Source: an uncultured Opitutales bacterium
GTDB lineage: Bacteria > Verrucomicrobiota > Verrucomicrobiia > Opitutales > CAZQIE01
Length of the DNA: 64,000 bases
Assembly: GCA_964593675.1 (NCBI GenBank)
Contig: CAZQIE010000006.1
Location: 2,449-66,448 of the forward strand
Direction of reading: 5' to 3'
Part shown: one piece after another, positions 44,122-53,920 of the stretch
How positions within the stretch are numbered: position 1 is the stretch's first letter
Layout: the number at the start of each line of letters is the position of its first letter
Notes under the pieces: model-generated
What the model was told of the DNA's origin: nothing
The model's input: the letters and a program-made list of their open reading frames with translations, nothing else
Databases searched by the model: none
Made by a program: the position numbers and the translations under genes

Positions 44122-45201
44122 CTACTTCTTGGGCCGCAGCGGCACCTTCCGGAACACCCAGGACCCCGGTCCGGCGGGCTCGATCAAGTCGAACCACTCG
44201 GCGTCGGGCTCCAGAGGCTCAAACTCCAGCACGAAGCACAGCAGATCGCCCGGATCCAGGATCGAGTAGCGCGGGGAAAGCTGAATGCCGTGCGCAGCCA
44301 CCAGCGCGTAACGGCGGCCCTTGTCATCCTCAAGATACGAAGCCTGGGGATCGCCGGCACCTGCGGACGAAACCCTCAGCCCTGCAAACCGGTAATCCAG
44401 CACGGACATGTAGGCCAGCGTGTTGCCGTTGGGCGCCGTGCCCAGCCCCATGAAGATCATGAAGCCCTCCATTCCGATCCGGCCCACGGGCCTGTCGATA
44501 TTCGTTGGCGAAAAGCCTTCCGCCATGACGGGCCGACTCCACCCGATCTTCTCGGGCGGCAGCTTCGCGTTCAGGGCAGCCGCCGCGTGCCCGAGCGATG
44601 CCGCCTTTTCAAAATACGTCTGCGCCAGCTCAAGATCCTGCTGCACGCCCCAGCCCTTGGCAAAAACCACGCCCGCCTTGTTCAGCGCACGCGCGTCACC
44701 CGTCGCTGCCGCCGCCATGATGCAGGCCGCAGCGCGCCGCAGATCCGGAGCCCCGAACTCCCCGCCAAAGTGCGCTTCAGCAAGCTTTAACAGCGCCTCC
44801 TTGTCTCCACCCATCGCCGCAGCCTCCGTCTCCTTCCAGTAGCTGCGGTCTACCGCCAGGCGGGCCAGCTCCAGGCTTTCCCCATACTCGCGAATTCCCG
44901 CACCGAGTCCGGCAGGAACGGCTACGCCCAAAACCGCACTGGGCAACGCCGTGTTTGTTGCAACGGTCGCCGCGACGGAAAGCCCCGTGCCAATGCCCCG
45001 GGTTGCCGCGTACGGCCTGAGCGCCGATTGCAGCGAAAGCCGCCGGTATTCCAGCGGTGTGATCTGCCCGGCCAGCGCCATCTGCGCCGCCTCGTCCAGA
45101 TCAGCCCGTGCAGCCGGCGCCCCGGCCAGGCTCGCTGCCGCTGCGAAAAGCAAAGCCCCCACGGCTTTCCACGATCTCTTACTCTTTCCAATCGCGCGCA
45201 T
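44122..45201 (-). CDS. secreted Sel1/TPR-repeat protein with C-terminal beta-rich domain
   Basis: The signal peptide is MRAIGKSKRSWKAVGALLFAAAASLAGAPAARA. Sel1-like repeats are present (GDARALNKAGVVFAKGWGVQQDLELAQTYFEKAASLGHAAA). I trimmed the start from the track ORF (45285). Confidence 0.6.
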   Translation of the reverse strand: MRAIGKSKRSWKAVGALLFAAAASLAGAPAARADLDEAAQMALAGQITPLEYRRLSLQSALRPYAATRGIGTGLSVAATVATNTALPSAVLGVAVPAGLGAGIREYGESLELARLAVDRSYWKETEAAAMGGDKEALLKLAEAHFGGEFGAPDLRRAAACIMAAAATGDARALNKAGVVFAKGWGVQQDLELAQTYFEKAASLGHAAAALNAKLPPEKIGWSRPVMAEGFSPTNIDRPVGRIGMEGFMIFMGLGTAPNGNTLAYMSVLDYRFAGLRVSSAGAGDPQASYLEDDKGRRYALVAAHGIQLSPRYSILDPGDLLCFVLEFEPLEPDAEWFDLIEPAGPGSWVFRKVPLRPKK

Positions 45202-45277
45202 ATCGCTCCTGCTGGAAAAAAGGGTGGCGTCCGCTTTACCCGGCGCGGCTTCCAGCCTCACGCCCTTGCCCCCGGGC

Positions 45278-47059
45278 CTACGCACCGTGCTGTTTCAGCA
45301 CGCTTTCCATCCGCTCATTATAGAAGCGGCGGAGTCTGTTATACGTGACCTTGGGCTCGGCCTCGCGCAGTGCCTCGCGCGCCAGCTCCTCGGCCTCTGA
45401 CATCTTGATATTGCGCAGGAAAAACTTCACTTCCGGCAGGATGCTTGCCGCCATGCTCAGTTCGTCCGCCCCAAGGCCCAACAGGAGCGGCACATACAGG
45501 GGATCGCCCGCCATCTCGCCGCAGACGCTCACCTTGATGTTCCTGGCCTTCGCCGTCTCCGTGATCGACCGGATCGTGCGGAGGATGGCCGGATGCGTCG
45601 GCTCGTACAAGTGAGCTATGCGGTCGTTCACGCGGTCCACCGCGAGCATGTACTGGATCAGGTCGTTCGTACCGATGCTGAAAAACTGGCAGTGCTCCGC
45701 CAGCAGATCCGCCGTCGCCGCGGCGCTCGGAATCTCGATCATGCTGCCGATCTCGACTGTCGGATCGAAGTCCTGCTGGCGCGCGCGCAACTCCTGCTTC
45801 GCCTCCTGAAGCACCTGATTCGCCTGGGTCAGCTCCTGGACGCCGCTGATCATGGGATACATGATCCGCACCTTGCCGAAGGCGCTTGCGCGGAGGATTG
45901 CCCGCAACTGGTCCTTGAAAAGCTCTTTGTGCTCGAGGCAGAAACGGATCGCCCGGAAACCCATGAACGGGTTCGCCTCGTTCTCCACGAAATACAGGCC
46001 GCTTACGCGCTTGTCGCCACCCAGGTCCAGCGTGCGGATAACCACGGGCCGCGGCTTCAGGCTCTCCACCACCTGCCGGTAAATCTGGAACTGCTCCTCT
46101 TCCGGCGGGAACTTGTCACCCTTGATGAACACCCCTTCCATGCGGAACAGACCCACGCCCTCGCCGCCGTTCTTCAGGACGCCCTCGATGTCCTCCGGCC
46201 CCGCAATGTTCGCCACCAGCTTGAACGGGCGCCCGTCAAGCGTCTGCGACGGCAAGGCCAGCACCCCTTCGAACACGCGTTGGATCGTCTGCCGCTTCTG
46301 CTGGATGCGGCCATAGCGGAAAAGCGTTTGTTCGGACGGGTTGATGATCACCAGCCCGTCATACCCGTCCACCAGCAGCGTCTCGTTGTTCTCGACCTTC
46401 TGCGTCACGTCATGCAGACCCACGACCGCGGGCACCTGCAGTGACCGCGCCATGATCACCGCATGACTCGTGCGGCTGCCCGCGTCCGTAACGATGGCAA
46501 GGACGGAACCCTTCTCAATGGACGCCGTATCCGAAGGTGCCAAGTCCTCCGACACCACCACCTTGGGGCCACCAATGCGGTTCAGGCTCGAACCGCTCTG
46601 GCCCATCAGCGTCTGAAGCAGGCGCTTCGTGACGTCACGGATGTCCGTCACGCGCTCCTTGATGTACTCGTCGTCGATGTTGCCGAAAGCCTCTATGTAA
46701 CGCTTCGCGACGGCGTGGAAGCAGTACTCGATGTTGAAGCCCGTTTCCTTCTGCTCCTCGATCGTTTCCTCGATCAGCGCACGGTCATCAAGCACCAGCA
46801 GGTGGGCGTCAAAGATCTGCGCCTCCGCTTCACCGAGCTTCGCGGCCACTTCCTGCCGCACCTTGCTGATCTGGCCACGCGTGTCCATCAGCGCAGCCTC
46901 GAACCGCTTGATCTCCGACGCGCGGTTCACTTCGTCCACTTGATAAAGCGGAATCTCCAGCTCCTTCTGCAGAAACACGAAACTCGGTCCATGCGCGACG
47001 CCCGGCGAGGCCGCTATGCCTTGCAGCACAACCTCCTTCTTAGGTGCTCCGTCGCTCAT
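45278..47059 (-). CDS. ptsI: phosphoenolpyruvate-protein phosphotransferase (PTS Enzyme I)
   Basis: 593 aa with the phospho-histidine region GSRTSHAVIMARSLQVPAVVG and a PEP-utilizing TIM barrel (FFSIGTNDLIQY). Confidence 0.95.
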   Translation of the reverse strand: MSDGAPKKEVVLQGIAASPGVAHGPSFVFLQKELEIPLYQVDEVNRASEIKRFEAALMDTRGQISKVRQEVAAKLGEAEAQIFDAHLLVLDDRALIEETIEEQKETGFNIEYCFHAVAKRYIEAFGNIDDEYIKERVTDIRDVTKRLLQTLMGQSGSSLNRIGGPKVVVSEDLAPSDTASIEKGSVLAIVTDAGSRTSHAVIMARSLQVPAVVGLHDVTQKVENNETLLVDGYDGLVIINPSEQTLFRYGRIQQKRQTIQRVFEGVLALPSQTLDGRPFKLVANIAGPEDIEGVLKNGGEGVGLFRMEGVFIKGDKFPPEEEQFQIYRQVVESLKPRPVVIRTLDLGGDKRVSGLYFVENEANPFMGFRAIRFCLEHKELFKDQLRAILRASAFGKVRIMYPMISGVQELTQANQVLQEAKQELRARQQDFDPTVEIGSMIEIPSAAATADLLAEHCQFFSIGTNDLIQYMLAVDRVNDRIAHLYEPTHPAILRTIRSITETAKARNIKVSVCGEMAGDPLYVPLLLGLGADELSMAASILPEVKFFLRNIKMSEAEELAREALREAEPKVTYNRLRRFYNERMESVLKQHGA

Positions 47060-47290
47060 TGTTTCGGACCGTTCTGCCTTGGAATTAGAATCTTAGGGAA
47101 TTGGAAGGCGCCGCGCTTCGCAAGCACGAAACGAGGTTACGGCAGAATTTAGTGCGATGGCCTGGTCCTGCCCTTCTCGATCGCGTAAGACAACGTGAAC
47201 CAAAAGAAGTTCCCCAAAACGTTTGGTTCCCTCAAACAGGAATGCACCGACCCTTCGGCGGCACCTGTTTCTAACGTAGGAGAGGCCAGG

Positions 47291-48175
47291 CTACAAGATC
47301 GCCGTCCGGATAATCAGGGCCGACGGTCCCCAGGCCTCCCGAACCGCCGCCTCGACCGCCTTTGCATCCGTGTCCCGGTTCGGCAGCGCGAAGCACGTGC
47401 TCCCGCTCCCGCTCATCATGCACCGGATGCCGAACTTCTCCCGAAGCAGGCTTAAAAGGGCTGGAAGGGCAAGATACTTTTCAAACACCGGTTTCTCGAT
47501 GTTGTTGACGAGCGGCAGGCTTTCCCAAGTGGGCGCTTTACGCCACGCCGCGAGCTCTGCTTCTGCCTGGTCCTGAGGAATATACCACCCGCCATGCTCG
47601 CGCATCCGGCCATAGGCCCAGGCCGTTGCCACCGGGAAATCCGGCTTCATCAGGATCACCGGGTTTCCACTCAGCGCCCCAGCTTCTTTTTCCGAAAGAA
47701 CCTCCACCTTTTCCCCGCGGCCCCGCATAATGACCGGGCGCCCGTACAGGAACAGCGGGCAGTCCGACCCGCACTCCGCCGCGCACGCCGCCAACACGTC
47801 CAGGGACAACGGCTCACCCAGCCAGTGATTCATCAGCCGCAGCGCAGCCGCCGCGTTTCCACTGCCACCCCCAAGGCCCGCCCCCGGAGGCACCATCTTT
47901 TCCAGCCGGAACCGGAAATACACCGCCGCCGCGTGCCGTTTGCGGAACGCGCTCGCCGCCTTCAGGACGAGGTTGCTTGGGTCGGTCGGCACCCCCGGAT
48001 ACGCGCACTCGAGCACATCCGCCGTCGCCCCCGGCAGCTCCTCGATCCACAACATATCCCCGAACGCAATGGGGGTGACCAGACTCGTCAGCTCATGGAA
48101 GCCATCCGGGCGACGCCCTGTGACCGTAAGCGTGAGGTTTACCTTGGCGGGAGAAAAGACGCAGGCCGTTCTCAT
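47291..48175 (-). CDS. ispE: 4-diphosphocytidyl-2-C-methyl-D-erythritol kinase
   Basis: It has SPAKVNLTLTVTGRRPDGFHEL and the GHMP kinase motif PPGAGLGGGSGNAAA. I trimmed the start from the track ORF (48325). Confidence 0.88.
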   Translation of the reverse strand: MRTACVFSPAKVNLTLTVTGRRPDGFHELTSLVTPIAFGDMLWIEELPGATADVLECAYPGVPTDPSNLVLKAASAFRKRHAAAVYFRFRLEKMVPPGAGLGGGSGNAAAALRLMNHWLGEPLSLDVLAACAAECGSDCPLFLYGRPVIMRGRGEKVEVLSEKEAGALSGNPVILMKPDFPVATAWAYGRMREHGGWYIPQDQAEAELAAWRKAPTWESLPLVNNIEKPVFEKYLALPALLSLLREKFGIRCMMSGSGSTCFALPNRDTDAKAVEAAVREAWGPSALIIRTAIL

Positions 48176-48366
48176 TGGGATGAAAAAAGTGAGGGATGGC
48201 TCCTGCGCGCCCCGGTCCGGCTGATCGTTGGGATCTGCGGGCTTTTGGGTTGTGCGCAGGGCCCGCGTAGCCTTGACTGGCGGGCGCCGGGACGCAACGG
48301 ATTTATCACACGCCTTCGCCCGCAAGCGGCCACCCGCCGCAAAACCCTTTATTCGAAACCACCCTC

Positions 48367-49071
48367 ATGTCCCAAGCCCGCTCCTGCGACCTCATCCTTG
48401 CCCTCGACGTTGAAACCCGGGAAGACGCCCTCGCCGCCCTCAAGCGTGTCGGTCCGAGCCTGCGTTGGGTAAAAGTTGGTCTCCAGCTCTTTGTGAAATA
48501 CGGCCCCAGCTTCGTCGATGAGGTGGCGGGCCTGGGCTACGACGTGTTCCTGGACCTCAAGCTCCACGACATCCCCAATACCGTCGCCTCTGCCATCAAG
48601 AGCCTCAAGGGGCGCCCCTGCAAGATGCTCACCCTCCACGCCTGCGGCGGGGAGGAAATGATGCGCTGGGCCGTCGACGCCGCAAAGCAGACCCTCCCGG
48701 ACCTGCGCCTCCTCGGCGTCACCGTCCTTACTTCCATGGACGCCCCGGCCCTCTCGGCGACGGGCGTCCCCGACGCCCCCGCCGCGCAAGTGTCCCGCCT
48801 CGCCAGGCTCGCCACCACCTCGGGCATCCCCGGCCTTGTCTGTTCCCCCCTCGAACTGCCCATCCTTCGCCGCGAACTGGGTGACCGGCCCGTCCTCGTC
48901 ACCCCCGGCGTCCGCCCGTCCGGCGCCGCGGCAGACGAGCAAAAGCGGGTCATGACCCCCGCCGAGGCCGCAAAGGCCGGCGCCGACTTTATCGTCGTCG
49001 GACGCCCCATCCTCCGCGCCCCGGACCCCAAGGTCGCCGTCGAGGCCATCCTCAAGGAACTCGGCCGTTAA
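48367..49071 (+). CDS. pyrF: orotidine 5'-phosphate decarboxylase
   Basis: 234 aa with LILALDV, FLDLKLHDIPNTV and a C-terminal IVVGRPI. Confidence 0.9.
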   Translation: MSQARSCDLILALDVETREDALAALKRVGPSLRWVKVGLQLFVKYGPSFVDEVAGLGYDVFLDLKLHDIPNTVASAIKSLKGRPCKMLTLHACGGEEMMRWAVDAAKQTLPDLRLLGVTVLTSMDAPALSATGVPDAPAAQVSRLARLATTSGIPGLVCSPLELPILRRELGDRPVLVTPGVRPSGAAADEQKRVMTPAEAAKAGADFIVVGRPILRAPDPKVAVEAILKELGR

Positions 49072-49095
49072 TCTCCTCTATATATAAGAACACGT

Positions 49096-49818
49096 ATGCC
49101 AGACGCCGCCATTCTTCTCGCCGCAGGCCGTGGCACCCGCATGCGCGGGACCGTCGAAGACAAAGTGCTTGCCCCCCTCGCCGGGCGTCCCGCCATCTTT
49201 TATTCGATCCGCGCCTTCGTCGAAAGCAAGGCCGTCACCCAGCTCGTGTTCGTCTGCCGGGATGAATCCCAGCACGCCCTGATCTGGGACTGTATCCGCC
49301 TCGCGGGCGCCGAAAACTTCGAGGTCCGCTTCACCCTCGGCGGTGCCGAACGGCAGGACTCGGTCCTCAACGGCCTCAACGCCCTCAGCGCACAGACCCG
49401 CTGCGTCTTCATCCACGACTGCGCACGCCCGTACCTTCAGGAAGAATCTGTCCGTCAACTGCTTGAAGCGGTACGCCTCGACGGCGCGGCCGTCCTTGCC
49501 CACCGTGTAACCGACACGATCAAGCAGCTTTCCGAGCCCGTCGAACCGCCCCGCCGTTGCCAGTTGCGCGACCTCAACCGCGCCACCCTCTGGGGCATGG
49601 AGACCCCCCAGGCGTTCGAGTGGGTGCTCATCCGCGAAGCCTACCTGCGCGTCAAACGCGAAGGCCTCCGCGTCACCGACGACGCCGCCGCGGCGGCCGT
49701 CTGCGGACACCCCGTTACGCTCGTCGAAAACACGCGCCCCAACCCCAAGCTCACCGTCCCCGACGACTTCGCGTACCTCGAGTTCCTCTTTTCGCGCGAA
49801 AATGCCGCCGCCCGCTGA
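49096..49818 (+). CDS. ispD: 2-C-methyl-D-erythritol 4-phosphate cytidylyltransferase
   Basis: 240 aa with the N-terminal LLAAGRGTRM motif and ETPQAF. Confidence 0.9.
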   Translation: MPDAAILLAAGRGTRMRGTVEDKVLAPLAGRPAIFYSIRAFVESKAVTQLVFVCRDESQHALIWDCIRLAGAENFEVRFTLGGAERQDSVLNGLNALSAQTRCVFIHDCARPYLQEESVRQLLEAVRLDGAAVLAHRVTDTIKQLSEPVEPPRRCQLRDLNRATLWGMETPQAFEWVLIREAYLRVKREGLRVTDDAAAAAVCGHPVTLVENTRPNPKLTVPDDFAYLEFLFSRENAAAR

Positions 49819-50410
49819 AACCGGTAAAAAGGGTGGGGGAGGGCGGCCCCGCCGCTGCTCCTCGAAACCCTACCGGGTTGCCCGGTCCGGCATTGAAGGG
49901 CGCGGGCTTTTTGCGACAGCCGACCTCCCCGCCGGCACCCTCCTCCTCGAATACCGCGGCGAGAAAATCACCAAGGCAGAATCTGCACGCCGGTCGGAAG
50001 CCGCCAAGGCCTCCGCCCGCCGCCGTGGCCGGCGTCCCCGCCTCTACCTCTTCGCCCTGAACGCCCGGTATGACCTCGACGGCGCCATCCCCGGTAACCC
50101 GGCAAAATACATAAACCATTCCTGCGAGGCGAATTGTGACGTCGTTCCCCGCCGCGGCCACCTCTGGGTCCAGGCCAGCCGGGACGTGCGCGCCGGGGAA
50201 GAACTTACCGTCGATTACGGGTACCCGCTATCCGAGTATTTCGAAAATCCGTGCGCCTGCGGCACCCCGGCCTGTCCCGGCTACATCGTTGCCGCACCCC
50301 TCCGCTGGAAGCTCCGCGCCCGACGTTCCGCTAGCCGCCTCGCGCCCTCGCGCCTCCATTACGGCACCCCGCCGACCCCCGAAAAACGCTCTTGCCACGA
50401 GGCGGAATAG
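49802..50410 (+). CDS. SET-domain protein (putative protein-lysine methyltransferase)
   Basis: 202 aa with GIEGRGLFAT, LLLEYRGEKI, the NH pseudoknot motif YINHSCEANC, EELTVDYGY and a post-SET CACGTPACPG. The start overlaps ispD by 17 nt. Confidence 0.8.
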   Translation: MPPPAETGKKGGGGRPRRCSSKPYRVARSGIEGRGLFATADLPAGTLLLEYRGEKITKAESARRSEAAKASARRRGRRPRLYLFALNARYDLDGAIPGNPAKYINHSCEANCDVVPRRGHLWVQASRDVRAGEELTVDYGYPLSEYFENPCACGTPACPGYIVAAPLRWKLRARRSASRLAPSRLHYGTPPTPEKRSCHEAE

Positions 50411-50596
50411 TCCCATTGTGCCCCCTTAGCGTGAGAAGGGCGCCGTTGTCGCGGCGTACCTTCCGCGGCCCGCTTTGGGGAAAAACCGGCGCATGGTGCG
50501 CTGCCCCAAGGCCGAACGGTGTCTCCGGCGGGGTGCTGGAGGCAAAGTCTTGAAGGTTCAAGGCTCCGGGTCGTGCGTTTCAAGAGAACAAAGACA

Positions 50597-50863
50597 ATGT
50601 CTGAAGTCGTTAATAAGCAAGAGGTTATTGGTAATTTCCGCACGCATGAGAAGGACACGGGTTCCTGTGAGGTGCAGATCGCGCTCCTGAGCGCCCGGAT
50701 CGCCCACCTGACGGATCACCTGCGTGACCACCGCAAGGACTTCCACTCGCGCCGCGGTCTGATCCTGATGACCTCCCGTCGCCGTAAGCTCTTGAATTAC
50801 CTGAAGAAGCACAACCTGGCGAAGTACAACGAGATTCTCCAGAAGCTCAGCCTGCGCAGGTAG
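50597..50863 (+). CDS. rpsO: 30S ribosomal protein S15
   Basis: 88 aa: MSEVVNKQEVIGNFRTHEKDTGSCEVQIALLSARIAHLTDHLRDHRKDFHSRRGL. I trimmed the start from the track ORF (50519). Confidence 0.95.
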   Translation: MSEVVNKQEVIGNFRTHEKDTGSCEVQIALLSARIAHLTDHLRDHRKDFHSRRGLILMTSRRRKLLNYLKKHNLAKYNEILQKLSLRR

Positions 50864-51174
50864 TTCGCCGCGCTGGCGCGCGCCCGCCGACGTTTTTCGC
50901 ACTTTCGCAAACTCCCACCCATGGCGGGTTGAGGCTTCCGACGCACGCGCAGCCCCAGATGCCCCCGGACACCGGGAATCGGGCTCCTTGCCGTGACGCT
51001 GTTCCAGACGGGAACGGCGTAAAGTGTACCAGAGAACCGTAAGCGGGTGCGCCCAGCGCGCCGCGCCGGCGGGTTGCCGCCTTTTGTCCGGCGGTGCACC
51101 CCCGGTTTCAGTCGCAGAGGAAGGATAAAAGAAGCCCCCTCGTTGGACTCCCCTTTAAAAGCACAGAAGAAGAC

Positions 51175-53499
51175 ATGAAACAGCAATACTCCGTAACGGT
51201 GGAAGATCTCGGCATCACCTTCTCCACCGGCTCGATCGCTCGCCAGGCAAACGGCGCGGTCACCATCACCCTCGGCGAAACCGAGGTTTTTGTCAGCGCG
51301 GTCGCGGCGAATGCCGTGAAGCCCGATCAGGACTTTTTCCCGCTCACGGTCGACTACCGCGAAAAGTTTTCCGCGGCTGGCCGTTTCCCGGGTGGCTACT
51401 TCAAGCGCGAAGGGCGTCCCACCGAGAAGGAAATCCTGACCTCCCGCCTTTGCGACCGCCCGCTGCGGCCGCTCTTCCCGAAGGGCTTCGTGAACGAAGT
51501 CCAGGTGCTCGGCCTCCTGCTGGCCACTGACCTGCAGAACGAGCCCGATATCCTCATGGTCAACGGCGCCTCCGCCGCGGTCATGATCTCCGACATCCCT
51601 TGGAATGGCCCGATCGGTGCCGTCCGTGTCGGCGAGATCAACGGCGAGTTCGTCATCAACCCGACCAACGAGCAGATCTTTGAGTCCCGCCTCGACCTCA
51701 TCTACGTCGGCAATGAGCGCGACATGATGATGATCGAAGGCAGCGCCGACCAGATGTCGGAAGAACGCTTCTGCGAAGCCCTCGACTTCGCCCACGCCGC
51801 GATCCAGAAGATCATCGCCGCCCAGAAGAAGCTCGCCGAAATGGCCGGCAAGGCCAAGCGCACGTTCAACCTCCTGAAGGTTGACCCGAAGGTCCTGGAA
51901 ATCTGCACCCGCGTGGTCGGCGAGCGCCTCAACAGCGCCGTCTTCCAGGAAAAGAAGCAGGACCGCGAAGCCGCCGTCGACGCCCTCAAGGACGAGGCCG
52001 CCGAAGTGGTGAAGAAGGAAGTCGGCGAAGCCGCCTACGACAAGAACCAGGTGCGCCTCGCGTTCGAAGAGCTCCAGGAAAAAGTCTACCGCGACAACAT
52101 CCTGCTCCACGGCAAGCGTGCCGACGGTCGCGGCCCGGCTGACCTGCGCAAGATCTCCTGCGAGACCGGCCTGCTCCCGCGCGTCCACGGTTCCGCCGTG
52201 TTCCAGCGTGGCGAAACCCAGGCCCTCGTCATCACGACCCTCGGTACCTCGAAGGACGTGCAGGAACTTGACGGCCTCACCGGCGGTGCCCGCTTCAAGT
52301 CCTTCACCCTCCACTATAACTTCCCGCCCTTCTCCGTCGGTGAGACCGGCCGCACGGGCTCCCCGGGCCGCCGCGAAATCGGCCACGGCGCCCTCGCCGA
52401 GCGTTCGCTCCTGCCCATCATCCCGCCCGAAGACGAGTTCCCGTACTCCGTCCGCATCGTGTCGGAGATCATGGAGTCCAACGGCTCGACCTCCATGGCT
52501 TCCGTCTGTGGCGGCTGCCTGAGCCTCATGGACGCCGGCGTGCCCATCCTCGCCCCTGTCGCGGGCATCTCCTGCGGTCTCGTCACCCAGGAAGACGCCT
52601 CCGGCAAGATCGAGAAGCACGTCATCCTGACCGACATCATCGGCTCGGAAGACCACTTCGGCGACATGGACTTCAAGATCTGCGGCACCCGCGAAGGCAT
52701 CACCGGGTTCCAGCTCGACCTGAAGATCCACGGCCTCCCGCTCGACATCGCCCGCAAGGCGGTCATGCAGAACAAGGAAGCCCGTAACCGCATCCTCGAC
52801 ATCATGGTGGCGTCCATGCCTGAGCCCCGCAAGGAGCTCCGCGAGCACGCCCCGCGCATCCACCAGATCATGATCGACCCGGAAAAGATCGGGGCGCTCA
52901 TCGGTCCGGGCGGCAAGAACATCAAGCGCATCACCGAGATCACCGGTGCGCAGATCGACATCGACGAAGACAACTCCGGCCGCGTGCTCATCTACGCGAA
53001 CACGAAGACCGCCCTCGAACGCGCTGTCTACGAAGTCGAACTCGTCACCTGCGACATCCAGCCCGGCAAGACCTACAAGGGCATCGTCCGCTCCATCAAG
53101 GAGTTCGGCGCCTTCGTGGAATGCCTGCCCGGCAAGGAAGGCCTCGTCCACATCTCCGAGCTCGCCGACTTCCGCGTCAACCGCACGGAAGACGTCTGCA
53201 AGCTCGGTGACGAGATCCTCGTCAAGTGCATCGGCATCGACGACAAGGGCCGCGTGCGCCTGAGCCGTCGCGCCGCCCTCTGCGAACAGCAGGGCATCCC
53301 CTACACCCCGTCCGAAAAGCCTGAAGACCGTGGTGACCGTGGCCGTGGCCGCGGGGGTGACCGCGGGGACCGTGGTGGTGACCGTGGCCGTGGGCGTGAC
53401 CGTGGCGACCGTGGCGATCGTGGCCGTGACCGTGGTGACCGCGGCGACCGTGGCGATCGCGGTGGTGACCGTGGCGACCGCGGCGGAGACCGCGAATAA
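51175..53499 (+). CDS. pnp: polyribonucleotide nucleotidyltransferase (PNPase) with C-terminal Asp-Arg-Gly repeat tail
   Basis: 774 aa starting [19 protein letters not shown]. It has two RNase PH domains, a KH domain and an S1 domain ([28 protein letters not shown]), followed by [33 protein letters not shown].... It is in the usual rpsO-pnp arrangement. Confidence 0.95.
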   Translation: MKQQYSVTVEDLGITFSTGSIARQANGAVTITLGETEVFVSAVAANAVKPDQDFFPLTVDYREKFSAAGRFPGGYFKREGRPTEKEILTSRLCDRPLRPLFPKGFVNEVQVLGLLLATDLQNEPDILMVNGASAAVMISDIPWNGPIGAVRVGEINGEFVINPTNEQIFESRLDLIYVGNERDMMMIEGSADQMSEERFCEALDFAHAAIQKIIAAQKKLAEMAGKAKRTFNLLKVDPKVLEICTRVVGERLNSAVFQEKKQDREAAVDALKDEAAEVVKKEVGEAAYDKNQVRLAFEELQEKVYRDNILLHGKRADGRGPADLRKISCETGLLPRVHGSAVFQRGETQALVITTLGTSKDVQELDGLTGGARFKSFTLHYNFPPFSVGETGRTGSPGRREIGHGALAERSLLPIIPPEDEFPYSVRIVSEIMESNGSTSMASVCGGCLSLMDAGVPILAPVAGISCGLVTQEDASGKIEKHVILTDIIGSEDHFGDMDFKICGTREGITGFQLDLKIHGLPLDIARKAVMQNKEARNRILDIMVASMPEPRKELREHAPRIHQIMIDPEKIGALIGPGGKNIKRITEITGAQIDIDEDNSGRVLIYANTKTALERAVYEVELVTCDIQPGKTYKGIVRSIKEFGAFVECLPGKEGLVHISELADFRVNRTEDVCKLGDEILVKCIGIDDKGRVRLSRRAALCEQQGIPYTPSEKPEDRGDRGRGRGGDRGDRGGDRGRGRDRGDRGDRGRDRGDRGDRGDRGGDRGDRGGDRE
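53326..53493 (+). repeat. tandem 9-nt repeat (GACCGTGGY) encoding the PNPase DRG tail
   Basis: About 18 imperfect units of GACCGYGGN are visible directly in the sequence. Confidence 0.9.
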
Positions 53500-53535
53500 C
53501 GTTGGCCGGGCAAACGCGCCCGCTGCCAATCCAAA

Positions 53536-53570
53536 AGACCCGGAGCCCAAAAGCTCCGGGTCTTTTTTTT
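53536..53570 (+). terminator. intrinsic terminator of pnp
   Basis: AGACCCGGAGC-CCAAAA-GCTCCGGGTCT followed by TTTTTTTT. Confidence 0.88.
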
Positions 53571-53603
53571 GCCCAGGCCGTGTCACCGTTCGCGCAACAC
53601 GAA

Positions 53604-53731
53604 TGCACGGCCAGTTCCAGTCTAAGGTCCCCCAAAATCCGATACACCGAGCTGGCCCACCCCGAGGCGACGATGGGGCGTACACGCTCGCCGCAGCGCC
53701 GGCGCAAACGGCGTCTTCACGCGAAATGCTC
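53604..53731 (+). repeat. copy C of the dispersed repeat
   Basis: TGCACGGCCAGTTCCAGTCT ... GACGATGGGGCGTACACGCTCGCCGCAGC ... GAAATGCTC aligns with copies A and B (boxes CAGTTCCA, GATGGGG, CACGCTCGCCGCA and the 3' GAARTGCTC). Its length is similar to theirs. Confidence 0.6.
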
Positions 53732-53920
53732 GCCTGCCGGGATACCTGGCTTAGCGCCCGCTTTAGTCCCTCGGGTATGCGCCGATTTCCGCCCTCGAAG
53801 CTCCTGTCCCGTATTTTCCTGATTAACCCCGTAAACTTTCTTGAGTGTCTTGCGGTTTGCTCCAAACTAAACACCAGGTCGTCTCTCAAATCGCCTACTC
53901 GAGGATTTCCGCTCTTTTCC

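Noticed and set aside
50864-51174. The rpsO-pnp spacer as a possible autoregulatory leader or RNase III hairpin, and the region upstream of rpsO as an S15 autoregulatory leader.
   Set aside because: These roles are expected from the E. coli paradigm. I could not identify a convincing conserved structure by eye, so I did not annotate them.
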